Counted from the first letter of the stretch, positions 19,651-29,574 are shown. The stretch is 64,000 bases of DNA from Thermoplasmata archaeon (GCA_046704665.1 JBJKRJ010000025.1:17772-81771); one strand, 5' to 3'. The notes: generated by a model from the letters alone, not told the origin. Made by a program: numbers and translations.

Positions 19651-22461
19651 CTACGGAGGAGAGGAGTTCGCGGTGCGCTTGCCCGGCACGGGTCCCGGGA
19701 AGATGTCGTAGACATAGTCGTGGGCCTCCAGTGCCGAGCGATGGAGCTCGCCCCGCGCGACCGCCTCGACGAGCTGGGCTCGCGATGGCCGTCCTCGCTC
19801 GTCCCGGAAGAGGGGAGCGCCGGCGCGGTCGACGTAGTAGATCGCGTCCAGGATCTGGGCGGCTTCCTCCGGCGAGCGGTCCGCGATGAGGAAGAGGACC
19901 CGGGGACTGTGCTGGACATAGAGGGAGGAGAGCAGCTGGCGGTGCAGCACGTCCATGATGATCGGGGCCTTCGAGCGCAGGAACCGTGGGGCCCCGGCCT
20001 CGATCTCGGCCCGGGCGATGGACGGCTCGATTCCCGCCGCCCGAGCGATCTGTTCGGCCGCCTCTTCGTACGTCAGCTCCTTTTCGAACGACCGACCTCC
20101 GCCGTAGGCCCTCGACAGGATCTGCTGCACCTGTTCCAGCTGACCTGAGAAGGTGGGGTCCGCCGGGAGATCGGGGGGCACCGCCGGGCCGGCGTGGGTC
20201 GTACCGGAAACCTGCCCGGAGGACGAGAGGTCCCGGCGCGCGGAAAGGAAGGTGCGAAGGCCCCTCTCGATCGACTCCTCGCGTGCGGACGGGTGGGAAG
20301 GGTGCTCTCCCTCTGGGTCGACCCGGGCCGAGATGACGATGCGCGCGGCGGCCAGCCGATCCCGATCCTCGAAGAACGCCTTGGTCCACTCTCCGTGCAG
20401 TCGCCAGAGTTCCTCGAAGAGCGGAGGCGTCAGGGCCGTGCCCGACGGGACCCGGACCGCGTTCTCGGCCGGGAAGACCCCGTCCTCCGTCTCACCGGGT
20501 CCCTGGAACCACCCGTCACGGGAGACCGGAGCTCGATGATGCAGCACCGCCCAGAGCCAGCCTACGAAGATCCGATACGTTGCGAGGTCGTTCATGAACC
20601 GCACGACTCGGCCGGGAACGCTCCCGTAGTCGTCGATCGCGGCGGCCAGGTTCCCGTTGAGAAGCTGATAGCCGTAGTTGGCCGCCATGTAGAATGCATG
20701 CTGGACGTTCTCCGCCGTGATCTCTCCCTCTTCTACGTCGTACAGGTGGTCCCAGAGCCCCCGACCATCCCCGAAGGTGTTCGCCAGGAACTCCTCGGGG
20801 GAGGTGAACTGGTCGGGCGAGATCACCCACGGAGTGATCCGCCCCTCCCCGTCCAGCAGCCCGAGTCCCGACAGGAGCTCCCGTTCCGCGTCGGTGAGCC
20901 CGCTGGTCACGCGGGGTGCCACCCGTTGCCCTTCGCTCTCCTCCCACACCACGGGGGCGTCGATCATCGCCTGGAGCTCCTCCCACGGGGCCCGAAGCGG
21001 TGCATTGCCGGCCCGCACGTACTCTTCCTCCGGGCTCGCCACCCAGCTCTGCCGGTAGGTGTCGTAGAGCCGACCCTCGACGGTCCCGCCCTCCACGTCG
21101 GCGAGGCTGATCCTCTGGCCGGGCTCCGGTGCGTGGGGAGCGACGAAGATCAGGCCGATCAGGCGCTCGCGCAGTTTGTCCGTGGCGATCGCCCGGAGCG
21201 CCACCGGGTTGTGGCGGTCGCGACGGTAGGGGTCGTTCTTCGGATAGAGCATCACCGCCGCCATTCCCCCGATCGGGGCGCCGTGGGTCTGCGCGCCGTC
21301 CTTCATCCCCGCCATCAGGTTCAGCAGGGCATTGTACCGCTGGTAGGCCATCATGTGGGGTGAGGTCATCCCCATCCGTGGTCCGCTCTGGGGATCGGGG
21401 AGCGCCCGTTCGTCCTTCCACATCTCGATGAGACTGCCCGTGTAGTCCCAGCGCCCCACGTTGGTACCGATAAGCCAGTACCGCCAGGTCCAGAGCACGA
21501 CCGGTAGGTACCGGCCGGCGTTGGCCTCTTCGTAGAGGGCTTTGAACTTGATGAGGGACCCGGGGACCGTCGCGCCGAGCAGTTGCTCGAGCCTCCAGAC
21601 AAGGCGCGCGACGAGGAGGGCCTCGAACGCGCTCTGGACCTTGGGCTGATAGAAATAGAGCCCACGGCCGGCGCGCGATAGGGAGCCCACATCGTTGAGG
21701 GCGTGGAGGACGAAGTCCACGATGGCGGCGCGGGCCGGCCGGCCATCGACGGTGACGTGTGTCGTGACGAGGTGGATCCCCGGGACCCGGTGAAAGCTGG
21801 TCGGCCAGTCCGACGGTGATCTCTGGATCCCGTAGGTTCGGGCCCGGCCCTTCTTGATGACGGTCGTTTCCCGGACCTCGCGGGCGAGGATGCGCCGTTC
21901 GTTCTCCCGGGAGAGGAAGAGTCCGACCGGGACATCTCCCGAAGTCCCGAACGGAACATAATCGGCGGGGGCAGCGTCCTCGTCATCGGGCCCCATGGTG
22001 GCGGCCACGTCGGCGTTGATCTGCTTGATCGCCATATCCAGCGGATGCCACGGACCGGTGAGCTCGAGGCCGGGATGGCGCAGGGGATGCGCATCGTCCG
22101 GGATCGGGACCCTGTCGTTGAGCCTCCAGGCCCTCTCGGTCGATCGGCCGAACAGATTGTCGATCAGGCCCTGAACGATCTCCCGGTAGCTGCGGAGCTC
22201 GCCGGTCACGGCATCTTCGAAGGTCTCCCCCCATCGGGGAAACGCGTACCGCTCCCGCGTGGGGATCTCGGAAGAGAGCAGCTCGCGACGCCGACGCAGG
22301 GCCTCGGTGATCGCGGGATCGAACTCCCGGGTGAGCTCCGCGATCGTCTCCTCCACGTTGATACGGCGATCGCCCACGACCTTGGTGCCGAAGAGCTCGG
22401 GAAACGCGTGAGCGACCTCGCGGGCCACGGTGGCGCGAGGTCGACTTTCCCCACCGGACAT
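19651..22461 (-). CDS. Divergent long malate-synthase-like protein (936 aa)
   Basis: It contains NVGRWDYTGSLIEM (compare the GRWDY motif of malate synthases) and FMNDLATYRIFVGWLW (compare EDAATAEISR..WQW). It lies immediately upstream of aceA on the same strand. About 250-300 C-terminal residues have no motif I recognise. Confidence 0.65.
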   Translation of the reverse strand: MSGGESRPRATVAREVAHAFPELFGTKVVGDRRINVEETIAELTREFDPAITEALRRRRELLSSEIPTRERYAFPRWGETFEDAVTGELRSYREIVQGLIDNLFGRSTERAWRLNDRVPIPDDAHPLRHPGLELTGPWHPLDMAIKQINADVAATMGPDDEDAAPADYVPFGTSGDVPVGLFLSRENERRILAREVRETTVIKKGRARTYGIQRSPSDWPTSFHRVPGIHLVTTHVTVDGRPARAAIVDFVLHALNDVGSLSRAGRGLYFYQPKVQSAFEALLVARLVWRLEQLLGATVPGSLIKFKALYEEANAGRYLPVVLWTWRYWLIGTNVGRWDYTGSLIEMWKDERALPDPQSGPRMGMTSPHMMAYQRYNALLNLMAGMKDGAQTHGAPIGGMAAVMLYPKNDPYRRDRHNPVALRAIATDKLRERLIGLIFVAPHAPEPGQRISLADVEGGTVEGRLYDTYRQSWVASPEEEYVRAGNAPLRAPWEELQAMIDAPVVWEESEGQRVAPRVTSGLTDAERELLSGLGLLDGEGRITPWVISPDQFTSPEEFLANTFGDGRGLWDHLYDVEEGEITAENVQHAFYMAANYGYQLLNGNLAAAIDDYGSVPGRVVRFMNDLATYRIFVGWLWAVLHHRAPVSRDGWFQGPGETEDGVFPAENAVRVPSGTALTPPLFEELWRLHGEWTKAFFEDRDRLAAARIVISARVDPEGEHPSHPSAREESIERGLRTFLSARRDLSSSGQVSGTTHAGPAVPPDLPADPTFSGQLEQVQQILSRAYGGGRSFEKELTYEEAAEQIARAAGIEPSIARAEIEAGAPRFLRSKAPIIMDVLHRQLLSSLYVQHSPRVLFLIADRSPEEAAQILDAIYYVDRAGAPLFRDERGRPSRAQLVEAVARGELHRSALEAHDYVYDIFPGPVPGKRTANSSPP

Positions 22462-22726
22462 CTCAGGAGACCCCTCTGCCGTCCAGCGTCCGTACCAACA
22501 TTAGCTGCGTGACGTCGCCTCGGTCCGTCGGTGGGCCCGTGCCGATCCGCGCGGACCCGTGCCCCGCGGTCCGCAGAACCCTCCCCAGAACCACGGCGTT
22601 CCTCCGGGAGCGGGCGGGCGGCCCGCTCCACGGGCTCGCTACCCGGCGAACACGGTCCGGGGACCGCCCGGGGACGCTCGAGAGCGCCCGACCCTCAGAC
22701 CTCCGGGGGTGTGTTCCAACTTGCGA

Positions 22727-22734
22727 CATATAAG
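22727..22734 (+). promoter_or_regulatory. TATA-like box (CATATAAG) for a leaderless transcript
   Basis: AT-rich octamer centred about 26 nt upstream of the GTG start at 22757, in otherwise GC-rich DNA. Confidence 0.5.
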
Positions 22735-22756
22735 CCGGTAGAGCAGCTATGCTCCC

Positions 22757-24091
22757 GTGTCGGAGCCGTCGCGGCTCGTTCGGACCTGGGACGTCCTGAC
22801 CCTCCGGGAGATCCGGGGGTACATCCGGCGTTCGCACGCGGTGATGATGTCGATCACCTTCGCCGTCCTCTATGCCCTGGGGGCGATGACGATCGGCGGA
22901 ATGCTGATCCTCGCTCCCGTTGGCGGGGGATACCAGTACCTGGTCCTCTGGGGGAACGCGCTCGGCATCGGATCGTGGAACTACCCCGCGTTCATCGTGA
23001 TGGCCCCCTGGGGCTACATCGAGCTGCCGTTCTTCGCGACGGTCTCCATGATCGTCGTCTCGATCGGCGTCGCCCTCGGGATGGCCGTGGCCGTCCTTCT
23101 CGGGATCTCGCTCGTCCGGTCCCGCCGGCAGGCGTCCGGGCGGGCCGCCTCGGTCGGCTCGATCGCCGGGCTCACGCCCGCGATGATCGGGCTGGTCACG
23201 ATCGGTGCGTGCTGTTCGACCACCGCGGCCTCGGTAGCGGGCATCGGTCTTGTGGCGGGGGCCACGGGGACGACCGTGGGTAGCCTTCTCTTCGAGAACT
23301 GGTATCTCGGAGTGTTCCAGATCGTGATCGTCTGGCTCGCCCTGTTCGCCCAGGAGATCGTGCTCCGGGTCTACGGTGGCCTGCTCGGACTCGGCGGGGA
23401 GCCCGTCCTTTCGGCCGGCGGGGTGCCCCCGATCGACCGACGCGCCCTCCTCGGTGGGGCGGTGCGGGCGCTGCTCATAGTCGGCGGGATTACCTGGTCG
23501 TTGACGACGCTGGCCGAGTGGACAGCGATCTCTCCGGGGAGCGTCTCGGCGGGACTCTGGTTCCACTGGATCGTCCAGCAGCAGGTACCCGGACTGCTCG
23601 CGATCTTTGCGGGCATGGTCCCGGCGGGGACGCTCGCGACGCTTGTCCCGAGGGTGCGCTCCTACTTCGTGACGGGGCTGCGGGGAGCCCTGGTCCTCGC
23701 CGGGGTCACTCTCGTGATCGGAGCACCCCCACCGCTCGCAGCGTGGGGGATCGAGGGACTGGGGAACGAGCTTCTGGCCGTCCTCGGAGCCCCGGCGGCC
23801 TGGGGGGCGGTCGCCCCGGTATTCGCGACCGGGCCGGACCTCTACTTCCGTTGGGGTGTTCAATATCTCCTCGCGGGCGGCTTCGCCCTCGTCGCGGGCC
23901 TGCGACCCGAGCGTGCGTTCATGCTTTGGGTCCGCCCTTCCCCCTCGACGGCCTCCGGAACAGGATCCCCTGACGGAACCGGCACCCAACGCCCGGCCAC
24001 CCCGCCGGCCGACGTGCGGGGGGCTACCGAGGGACGGCCGGGCCCGACGGATCTCCCCACCCCGCCCGTCTTCGCGACCGACGGACCATGA
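22757..24091 (+). CDS. Polytopic membrane protein of unknown function with an intramembrane GACCSTTAAS motif
   Basis: 444-aa ORF with about 10 or more hydrophobic segments, an adjacent Cys pair inside a predicted helix, and a Pro/Thr/Gly-rich tail. No family recognised. Confidence 0.7.
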   Translation: MSEPSRLVRTWDVLTLREIRGYIRRSHAVMMSITFAVLYALGAMTIGGMLILAPVGGGYQYLVLWGNALGIGSWNYPAFIVMAPWGYIELPFFATVSMIVVSIGVALGMAVAVLLGISLVRSRRQASGRAASVGSIAGLTPAMIGLVTIGACCSTTAASVAGIGLVAGATGTTVGSLLFENWYLGVFQIVIVWLALFAQEIVLRVYGGLLGLGGEPVLSAGGVPPIDRRALLGGAVRALLIVGGITWSLTTLAEWTAISPGSVSAGLWFHWIVQQQVPGLLAIFAGMVPAGTLATLVPRVRSYFVTGLRGALVLAGVTLVIGAPPPLAAWGIEGLGNELLAVLGAPAAWGAVAPVFATGPDLYFRWGVQYLLAGGFALVAGLRPERAFMLWVRPSPSTASGTGSPDGTGTQRPATPPADVRGATEGRPGPTDLPTPPVFATDGP

Positions 24092-24122
24092 GTTCCGGCC
24101 GATCCCGCGGGGGCCGCGCACC

Positions 24123-26285
24123 GTGCTAGCGACCGCGCTGGTGTTGGGGATCCTCGCGGCCGGTATGGCCGCCACGACGGCGGTCCTTGTCAAGTGGGGC
24201 GCCGAAGCCCGCACCCCGCTCCGTGCCTCGGTGGTCGTCTTCTTGCTCCTGATGATGGTCGCGATGGTCGCCGGAGCGGCGGTCTACTTCGCCCATCCCA
24301 GTTCCACCTCCCTCGTGGCGGGATTCTGGGCCGCGAGCGCGCTGATGTCGGTCAGCGTGCTCGTGGTGTTTGCCGGGTTCTTCGCCGAGCTCCGGGCGCG
24401 TTCGTCGGCCCCGGGGGACACGAACGGCCGGCCGCCTCGGTCGGTGTTCCGCGGGTACTTCGCCTCGGTGATCGCGATCGTCCTCGCGAACGAGTTCCTG
24501 ATGGGATGGACGTTCTCGGCGGCCGCGGGGGTCACGATCGGTGCCGCGGCGAACCTCGGTTCGGCCCTGGGTGCGTTCTCGAGCGTCGTCGATTCTCCGT
24601 GGTTCCTGTTCACGATGTCGGCCGAGATGCTGCTGACCGCCTACTACTTCCGCACGCGACTTCCCCGGCCCGTCCTCGTCGTGGTCGCAACCCAGTCGGT
24701 GATCATGCTCGCGTCCCCTCCCGCGCTCGGACTCGCCGCGTGGGTCGCGGTCTCGATCTACGTCGGGAGCGCGGTGATGATCGGGTTGTTCGTCTTTCTC
24801 TACGAGTACCTCTATCGGAACCGCGAGATCTCGCTCCCGTTCTCCGGCTACCTCGTGCGGCTCTTGGGCGTCTACGCGCTCATGATGGCCGGCCTGTTCT
24901 TCTGGCTCGTCTGGGGGGACGCGCTCGCCTTCGCCGTCGCCGTCGTGCTGGAGATGGTCTTCTACTTCGATCTCGTGCTCCGTCCCGAACGTGTCGAGGA
25001 CCCGCGCCGGGTCGACTGGCAGCTGCGACCGAACTGGACGTTCGCGGTCCTCCTCCTCGTGTTCGTCGCCGAACTGTTCATGGGCGCGCTCCTGAGCGCC
25101 CAGACCTTCGGGGCGAGCTTCACCTCGGCGATTCCCGCTCTTCCGCTCTCGGGAAGCCTCGCCGCGGTCCTCGACCACGCGTTCTACAACGGGTTCTGGT
25201 TCTTCGCGCTCGCCACCAACTCGACGTGGTTCCTCCTGATGATGGGCCTCGAGATGGGCGCGCTCGTCTTCTTCAAGTTCCGGGAGACGCGCCTCCGCGA
25301 AACCCGGGTGCGCCTCGCCCTCCTCATGGCATCCTACGGGGCGTTCGTCGTGTTCTACCCGAGCGAGTACTATACGTTCGTGTTCCCGGGTCTCGCCAGC
25401 GGGACGAGCGTACCCGTCCTGGGCTGGCAGATGGGAATCGGCTCGGGCCCCCTGGCGATCGGGGTGTTCGGTGCGGTCCTCGCGACCTACGCGATCATGG
25501 GAGGGGCCGCGGTCCTCTTCGGACGCCGGGCGGTCTGCTCGGTCTTCTGCATGGCGCCCCTGATGTTCCAGGGGACGACCGTCGACGCGATGAAGAGCTT
25601 CAACCGGTCCTCTCCGCTCGCCCGCAAGTATCTCTCGAGCCGGTTCTCGGGCCTCTACTCCGTGACCACCGGGCTGGTCCTGGTCTCGCTGGTCCTCGCG
25701 TCGCTGGCCTCCTACCTCGACCAGGCCGGTCTGTGGAGCCTCGAGATCCTCGGCGCCGACCCGACCGTCTTCCTCTACGCCTTCTATTTCAGCGTCCTCT
25801 GGTACGTGCTGTTCGTCACGATCCCGTACACGGGCAACTACAACTGCGTAACGATGGGCTGGTGCTACACGGGCACGATCACCCAGGCGTTCTCCCGCAT
25901 CGGGTTCTTCCGGCTCAAGGTCCGTGACCGAGAGGTCTGCCGACGGTGCACCACACTCGACTGCGCCAAGTCGTGCCCGGTCGGCCTCGTCGATATGCCG
26001 GGCCACTTCCGCCGGAAGGGAGAGTTCCGGAGCTCGAAATGCTGTGGGGTGGGCGACTGCGTCGAGTCCTGCCCGTACGGTAACATGTACTTCTTCGATG
26101 TCCGTCACTGGGTACGGGCCCACCTCGGCCGGGCGGCCCGCGCGCCACCGGTGCCTCTGCCGATGGTGCGCCCCCGAACTCGGCCCATCGGTGCGACAGA
26201 ATTCGTGTCCCGGGGACCCGCTCCCGCGACGGAGCGCCGGCCCGAGGCCCGGGGCGAGGAGATCTCCGGCGCTCGGGCCAGCTAG
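24123..26285 (+). CDS. Large polytopic membrane protein with a C-terminal NapH/NosR-like Cys motifs and a 2x[4Fe-4S] ferredoxin-like module
   Basis: In-frame GTG at 24123 lies just after the upstream stop (the ORF track starts at 23856, overlapping the previous gene). There are many TM segments, then CSVFCMAP, CVTMGWC, CRRCTTLDCAKSCP and CCGVGDCVESCP motifs. Confidence 0.7.
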   Translation: MLATALVLGILAAGMAATTAVLVKWGAEARTPLRASVVVFLLLMMVAMVAGAAVYFAHPSSTSLVAGFWAASALMSVSVLVVFAGFFAELRARSSAPGDTNGRPPRSVFRGYFASVIAIVLANEFLMGWTFSAAAGVTIGAAANLGSALGAFSSVVDSPWFLFTMSAEMLLTAYYFRTRLPRPVLVVVATQSVIMLASPPALGLAAWVAVSIYVGSAVMIGLFVFLYEYLYRNREISLPFSGYLVRLLGVYALMMAGLFFWLVWGDALAFAVAVVLEMVFYFDLVLRPERVEDPRRVDWQLRPNWTFAVLLLVFVAELFMGALLSAQTFGASFTSAIPALPLSGSLAAVLDHAFYNGFWFFALATNSTWFLLMMGLEMGALVFFKFRETRLRETRVRLALLMASYGAFVVFYPSEYYTFVFPGLASGTSVPVLGWQMGIGSGPLAIGVFGAVLATYAIMGGAAVLFGRRAVCSVFCMAPLMFQGTTVDAMKSFNRSSPLARKYLSSRFSGLYSVTTGLVLVSLVLASLASYLDQAGLWSLEILGADPTVFLYAFYFSVLWYVLFVTIPYTGNYNCVTMGWCYTGTITQAFSRIGFFRLKVRDREVCRRCTTLDCAKSCPVGLVDMPGHFRRKGEFRSSKCCGVGDCVESCPYGNMYFFDVRHWVRAHLGRAARAPPVPLPMVRPRTRPIGATEFVSRGPAPATERRPEARGEEISGARAS

Positions 26286-26337
26286 TCCCCCGGTCCTTGC
26301 CCCTCGGATCCTGGCTCCCCGACTCCCGAGCTCCGAG

Positions 26338-26342
26338 TTTTT
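26338..26342 (+). terminator. Oligo-T tract (T5), possible archaeal termination signal
   Basis: TTTTT lies about 50 nt downstream of the stop at 26285 in GC-rich sequence. This is weak evidence. Confidence 0.3.
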
Positions 26343-26482
26343 ACCGACCGTCCGCCGGGGACCGGGTTCGCCCGCGTGTCATGGGGGCCGGGCCTGTGCG
26401 GCCCATGGAATGCCACGGCTTCGAGACCGACATGGGTCCCCGCTCACCCGTCCTGGTACCGTCTACGCAAGGAGTCCCTCGC

Positions 26483-26914
26483 CTACGTTCTCCGCACGAA
26501 CGCCTCGATTCCGGCACGGTCCTGCTCGAACTCCGTCGCAAAGAACCGGTCGACCGCGGGCGCGAGCTCCTCCGTTTCGAGGGTCGGTGAGACGAACTCC
26601 CCGGCGACGACCACCTCGGTCTGCGCTCCCCGCGGGACGTAGTAAAGGAAGAACTTCGAGCCCGTGAACGGTCCTTCGAGGACCTCGTAGACGATCCCCA
26701 CCGGCGGGTACACGGTCCAGCGCATCGTGAATCGCACGTTCTGTCGGTCGAAGTCCTGCTCCCATGAGTACTCGCCCGAGTCGCCGGGTAGCCTCTTCCG
26801 TGAGGTATTGCGATGGCGGTGGGCCGTCGAGTGCGTCTCCCCCGAGCTCACGAACTCCCAGACGGTGTCGAGCGGGGCCTCGAAGACACTACCCGAGTCG
26901 TGGACGAAGACCAT
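26483..26914 (-). CDS. SRPBCC (START/Bet v1/polyketide-cyclase-like) family protein
   Basis: 143-aa ORF. The N-terminal FEAPLDTVWEFV pattern and size are typical of SRPBCC proteins. Confidence 0.6.
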   Translation of the reverse strand: MVFVHDSGSVFEAPLDTVWEFVSSGETHSTAHRHRNTSRKRLPGDSGEYSWEQDFDRQNVRFTMRWTVYPPVGIVYEVLEGPFTGSKFFLYYVPRGAQTEVVVAGEFVSPTLETEELAPAVDRFFATEFEQDRAGIEAFVRRT

Positions 26915-27082
26915 ACCGGTCTCTACCGAGGTCCCCTACTTATGGGTTCGACGCGGCGGAGTCTCTCGCACGGCATCGGAGCGACCGGACGGTCCCGGGC
27001 CCGCGACGTACTGGGTCCGCGGCACGACGGACTCGCCGCCCTTGCGCGCCCGCGAACCCAAGGGAGAGCACGCGACGGTCGG

Positions 27083-27601
27083 CTATCGACTCGCCTGAAG
27101 GTGCGCCTCGACGAACCAGAGCCACTTGTCGACGCCCCGTGAGATCTCGGTGAAAATGTCGGCGGTATCCTGGTCGCCGAGCCGGTCCGACTGGTCGATG
27201 GCCTCCCGGACCAATTTGCCAAAGGCGGCCAAGGCCGTCGTGACTCCTTGGACGTGTTCGTAGCCCTCTTTCGCCGGCGGGTATTCGGGCAGGCTCGAAC
27301 GGGAGGCTACCTGGCGCGCCGTGCCGTGCACCATGCCCCCGAGTTGTACGGCCCGTTCCGCGATCAGATCCACGTACTCCTGGGCACCCCCGTAGATCTG
27401 GTCGAACAGCTCGTGCAGCGAGATGAAGTTCGGCCCCTTGACGTTCCAGTGGGCCTGCTTCATCTGGGTCTGGAGGTCGATGGCGTCGGCCAGTCGCGCT
27501 TCGAGCAGTTCGATCAGCGAGCCGCGGGCCCCCTCGGCAAGGTCGTTGTGCACGGGGTACACGACGCTGCCCTTCGACTTCGTTCCGACGTGCGCGCTCA
27601 T
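27083..27601 (-). CDS. dps: Dps family DNA-protection/ferroxidase protein
   Basis: 172-aa ORF with QTQMKQAHWNVKGPNFISLHELFD and DLIAERAVQLGG, classic Dps ferroxidase-site motifs. Confidence 0.92.
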   Translation of the reverse strand: MSAHVGTKSKGSVVYPVHNDLAEGARGSLIELLEARLADAIDLQTQMKQAHWNVKGPNFISLHELFDQIYGGAQEYVDLIAERAVQLGGMVHGTARQVASRSSLPEYPPAKEGYEHVQGVTTALAAFGKLVREAIDQSDRLGDQDTADIFTEISRGVDKWLWFVEAHLQASR

Positions 27602-27810
27602 CGGGCCAGGAGAGTTTGCGATGGCGTATCAGGTTGGCCGCCGGGCATCGGTTTCCGACTCCCGTGCTCCGTGCGAGGGAATCGGACCTCCCCCTCCCCC
27701 TTTTTCGAAGGAGAGGAACGGTCAAGAGGTGAGGAATACCGGTCCCGCTCCCAGCATGGCGTTGGCCCTCGGGTGCCGAGAGCGCACGGGCCGAGTCCGG
27801 GCGCGGGAGG

Positions 27811-28512
27811 CTAGGGAGGCGATACGAGGTGGGAAGATAGGGCCCCGCCTCCGATCATGAGCGCGGCGATCGCTGACCCCGCGGCGAACAGAAGGAAGAA
27901 CAGGAACGTTCCCACCAGGACCTTGAGCTGGACGGGGGTGATGTTGCCCACGGCCGCCAGTTCCCCTGCCGTGACCGGGCCCTCTCCCGAACCCGTGGGA
28001 GCCGTGGAGGCGTCGAGTACGGGCGTCAGTACCATCCGGTCGATCCAAAGCGTGACCGGGAACGTGAAGACGGCCGTTCCGCCCATCGCGACGTAGAGAA
28101 GGAACATCGCGAGAGGCTCTTTCGTCAGTCCGAGATTGTAGGCGGAGGCTCCGTAATAGATACTGAGAAGTCCGGTCATGGCGGCGAGGAAGCCGACATA
28201 CTGGGTACGCCATCCGCGGTTCACGGAAATCGCGTACCCGATCAGGACGATGCCGAGCAGGGAGTACGGATCGAAGAACAGGATGTTGAAGGAGCCGGGC
28301 AGGGGCCAGACGATCTCGCCCCACAGGCCGATGGCGAAGACGATGAAGCCCATCCCGCCGAGCGGGACGGCCTGGCCCCGCAGATGCTCGAGGGTCCGGG
28401 CGGGTCCGAACCGTCGGAAGGTGACGTAGCCAATGATCCCTGAGTAGAACAGCAATCCAGAGATGAACGCCAGAGTAAACAGTTGGAACGCGAGGGTATC
28501 CACGAAGGTCAC
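27811..28512 (-). CDS. DUF981-like integral membrane protein
   Basis: GTG at 28512 (the listed ORF extends to 28686 through non-hydrophobic junk). There are 6-7 TM segments, and GEIVWPLPGSFNILFFDPY resembles archaeal DUF981 proteins. The start is uncertain. Confidence 0.6.
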   Translation of the reverse strand: MTFVDTLAFQLFTLAFISGLLFYSGIIGYVTFRRFGPARTLEHLRGQAVPLGGMGFIVFAIGLWGEIVWPLPGSFNILFFDPYSLLGIVLIGYAISVNRGWRTQYVGFLAAMTGLLSIYYGASAYNLGLTKEPLAMFLLYVAMGGTAVFTFPVTLWIDRMVLTPVLDASTAPTGSGEGPVTAGELAAVGNITPVQLKVLVGTFLFFLLFAAGSAIAALMIGGGALSSHLVSPP

Positions 28513-28700
28513 GATCCGGCCCCCCGGCGAACCACGACGGCACGCGGGATACTTTAGACTGCTGTTGGGCGACCGGTCGCGCCAAAGGAGAGCCTGAGTC
28601 CTGCGAACCGGTCGCAGGGGGTCCCCGTCGCCCGCTTCGCTCGGAGTCGCCCGTTGAGCGCAGGAAGGGTTTAACAACTGGGCCATGTCCTAGAACCGGA

Positions 28701-29381
28701 ATGGTACCCCGTGCCCTCCTCCTCGACTTTGGGGGAACGCTGGTAGGTTCCCGTGCCGCCTTTCTCCCTCTCTTCCAGGAGGCCGGTCGACGGACCGGGG
28801 TGCGCGTCGATTGGTCGAGGTTCTTGAGGGCCAACGAGGAGGTCTGGGAGGACCTCTGGCCGGAGGCTCCCCGGTTACTCGGCAGGACGCCTTCCTTTGC
28901 GGACATCGTTCACGCACGTGCACTCGAGAGGGCTGATGCGACCGGCCCGATCGAGAAGATGGTTCAGTGCATTCGAGAGGAGGCGTTATCCCCCCGCTGG
29001 TCCCCACCCTTCACCGAGTCCGAAGAGGTCCTCCGGCACCTTCGCACGGCCGGCCACCGCGTCCATCTCCTCTCGAACAACGTCGACTACCTCCCCATCC
29101 TTCTGAGGAATCTCGGCTGGTCGGAGCTGTTCGAGACCGTGACCTACTCCCAAGAGATCGGCATCTCCAAACCCGACGTGCGGCTGTTCCGTGAGGCTCT
29201 TCGAAGAGCCGGGTGTGAACCGCGAGACGCGATTCACGTGGGCGATTCATGGGAGGCGGACTACCTGGGTGCCAAGCGGGCGGGCCTGAGAGCAGTCTGG
29301 TTGAATCGCGGCGGGGTGGTTCCACCGGAACCGTGCGAGATGATCCGCGACCTTCGTGAGATCCCCCAACTGATGGAGTAG
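28701..29381 (+). CDS. HAD-superfamily hydrolase (subfamily IA-like)
   Basis: LLDFGGTL (DxG/DxT motif I variant), LLSNN (motif II), SKPD and HVGDSWEADYLGA (motifs III/IV). Confidence 0.85.
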   Translation: MVPRALLLDFGGTLVGSRAAFLPLFQEAGRRTGVRVDWSRFLRANEEVWEDLWPEAPRLLGRTPSFADIVHARALERADATGPIEKMVQCIREEALSPRWSPPFTESEEVLRHLRTAGHRVHLLSNNVDYLPILLRNLGWSELFETVTYSQEIGISKPDVRLFREALRRAGCEPRDAIHVGDSWEADYLGAKRAGLRAVWLNRGGVVPPEPCEMIRDLREIPQLME

Positions 29382-29574
29382 GAAGAGGCGGGCCGGTCTC
29401 GGAGCGGGCTCCTTTGGCCAGCTCTGCACGAGGAGCCCCCGCCCGTAACGGAAAGGAATCCGCGGCGATTACGAAGCGTCGCACTCGTCTTCGGAACTCC
29501 ACACAGGAGTCCGTCATGGGACGGACAGCTAGAGAAAGAATCGGCCTGCCGATGGGTCATGCGCCGATCGGGAA

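Noticed and set aside
24126-26123. 665-aa minus-strand ORF antisense to the membrane/Fe-S gene. Similar long antisense or out-of-frame ORFs include 218..1369, 1308..2480, 4400..5863, 22463..24214, 37089..39383, 37691..39796, 41818..44034, 42693..45038 (its 5' part), 46323..48089, 53456..55342 and 61110..63461.
   Set aside because: Their translations are low-complexity Arg/Gly/Pro/Asp/Glu/His-rich strings without motifs. Each lies opposite or out of frame to a gene with clear family signatures. Long stop-free stretches are expected by chance in DNA this GC-rich.
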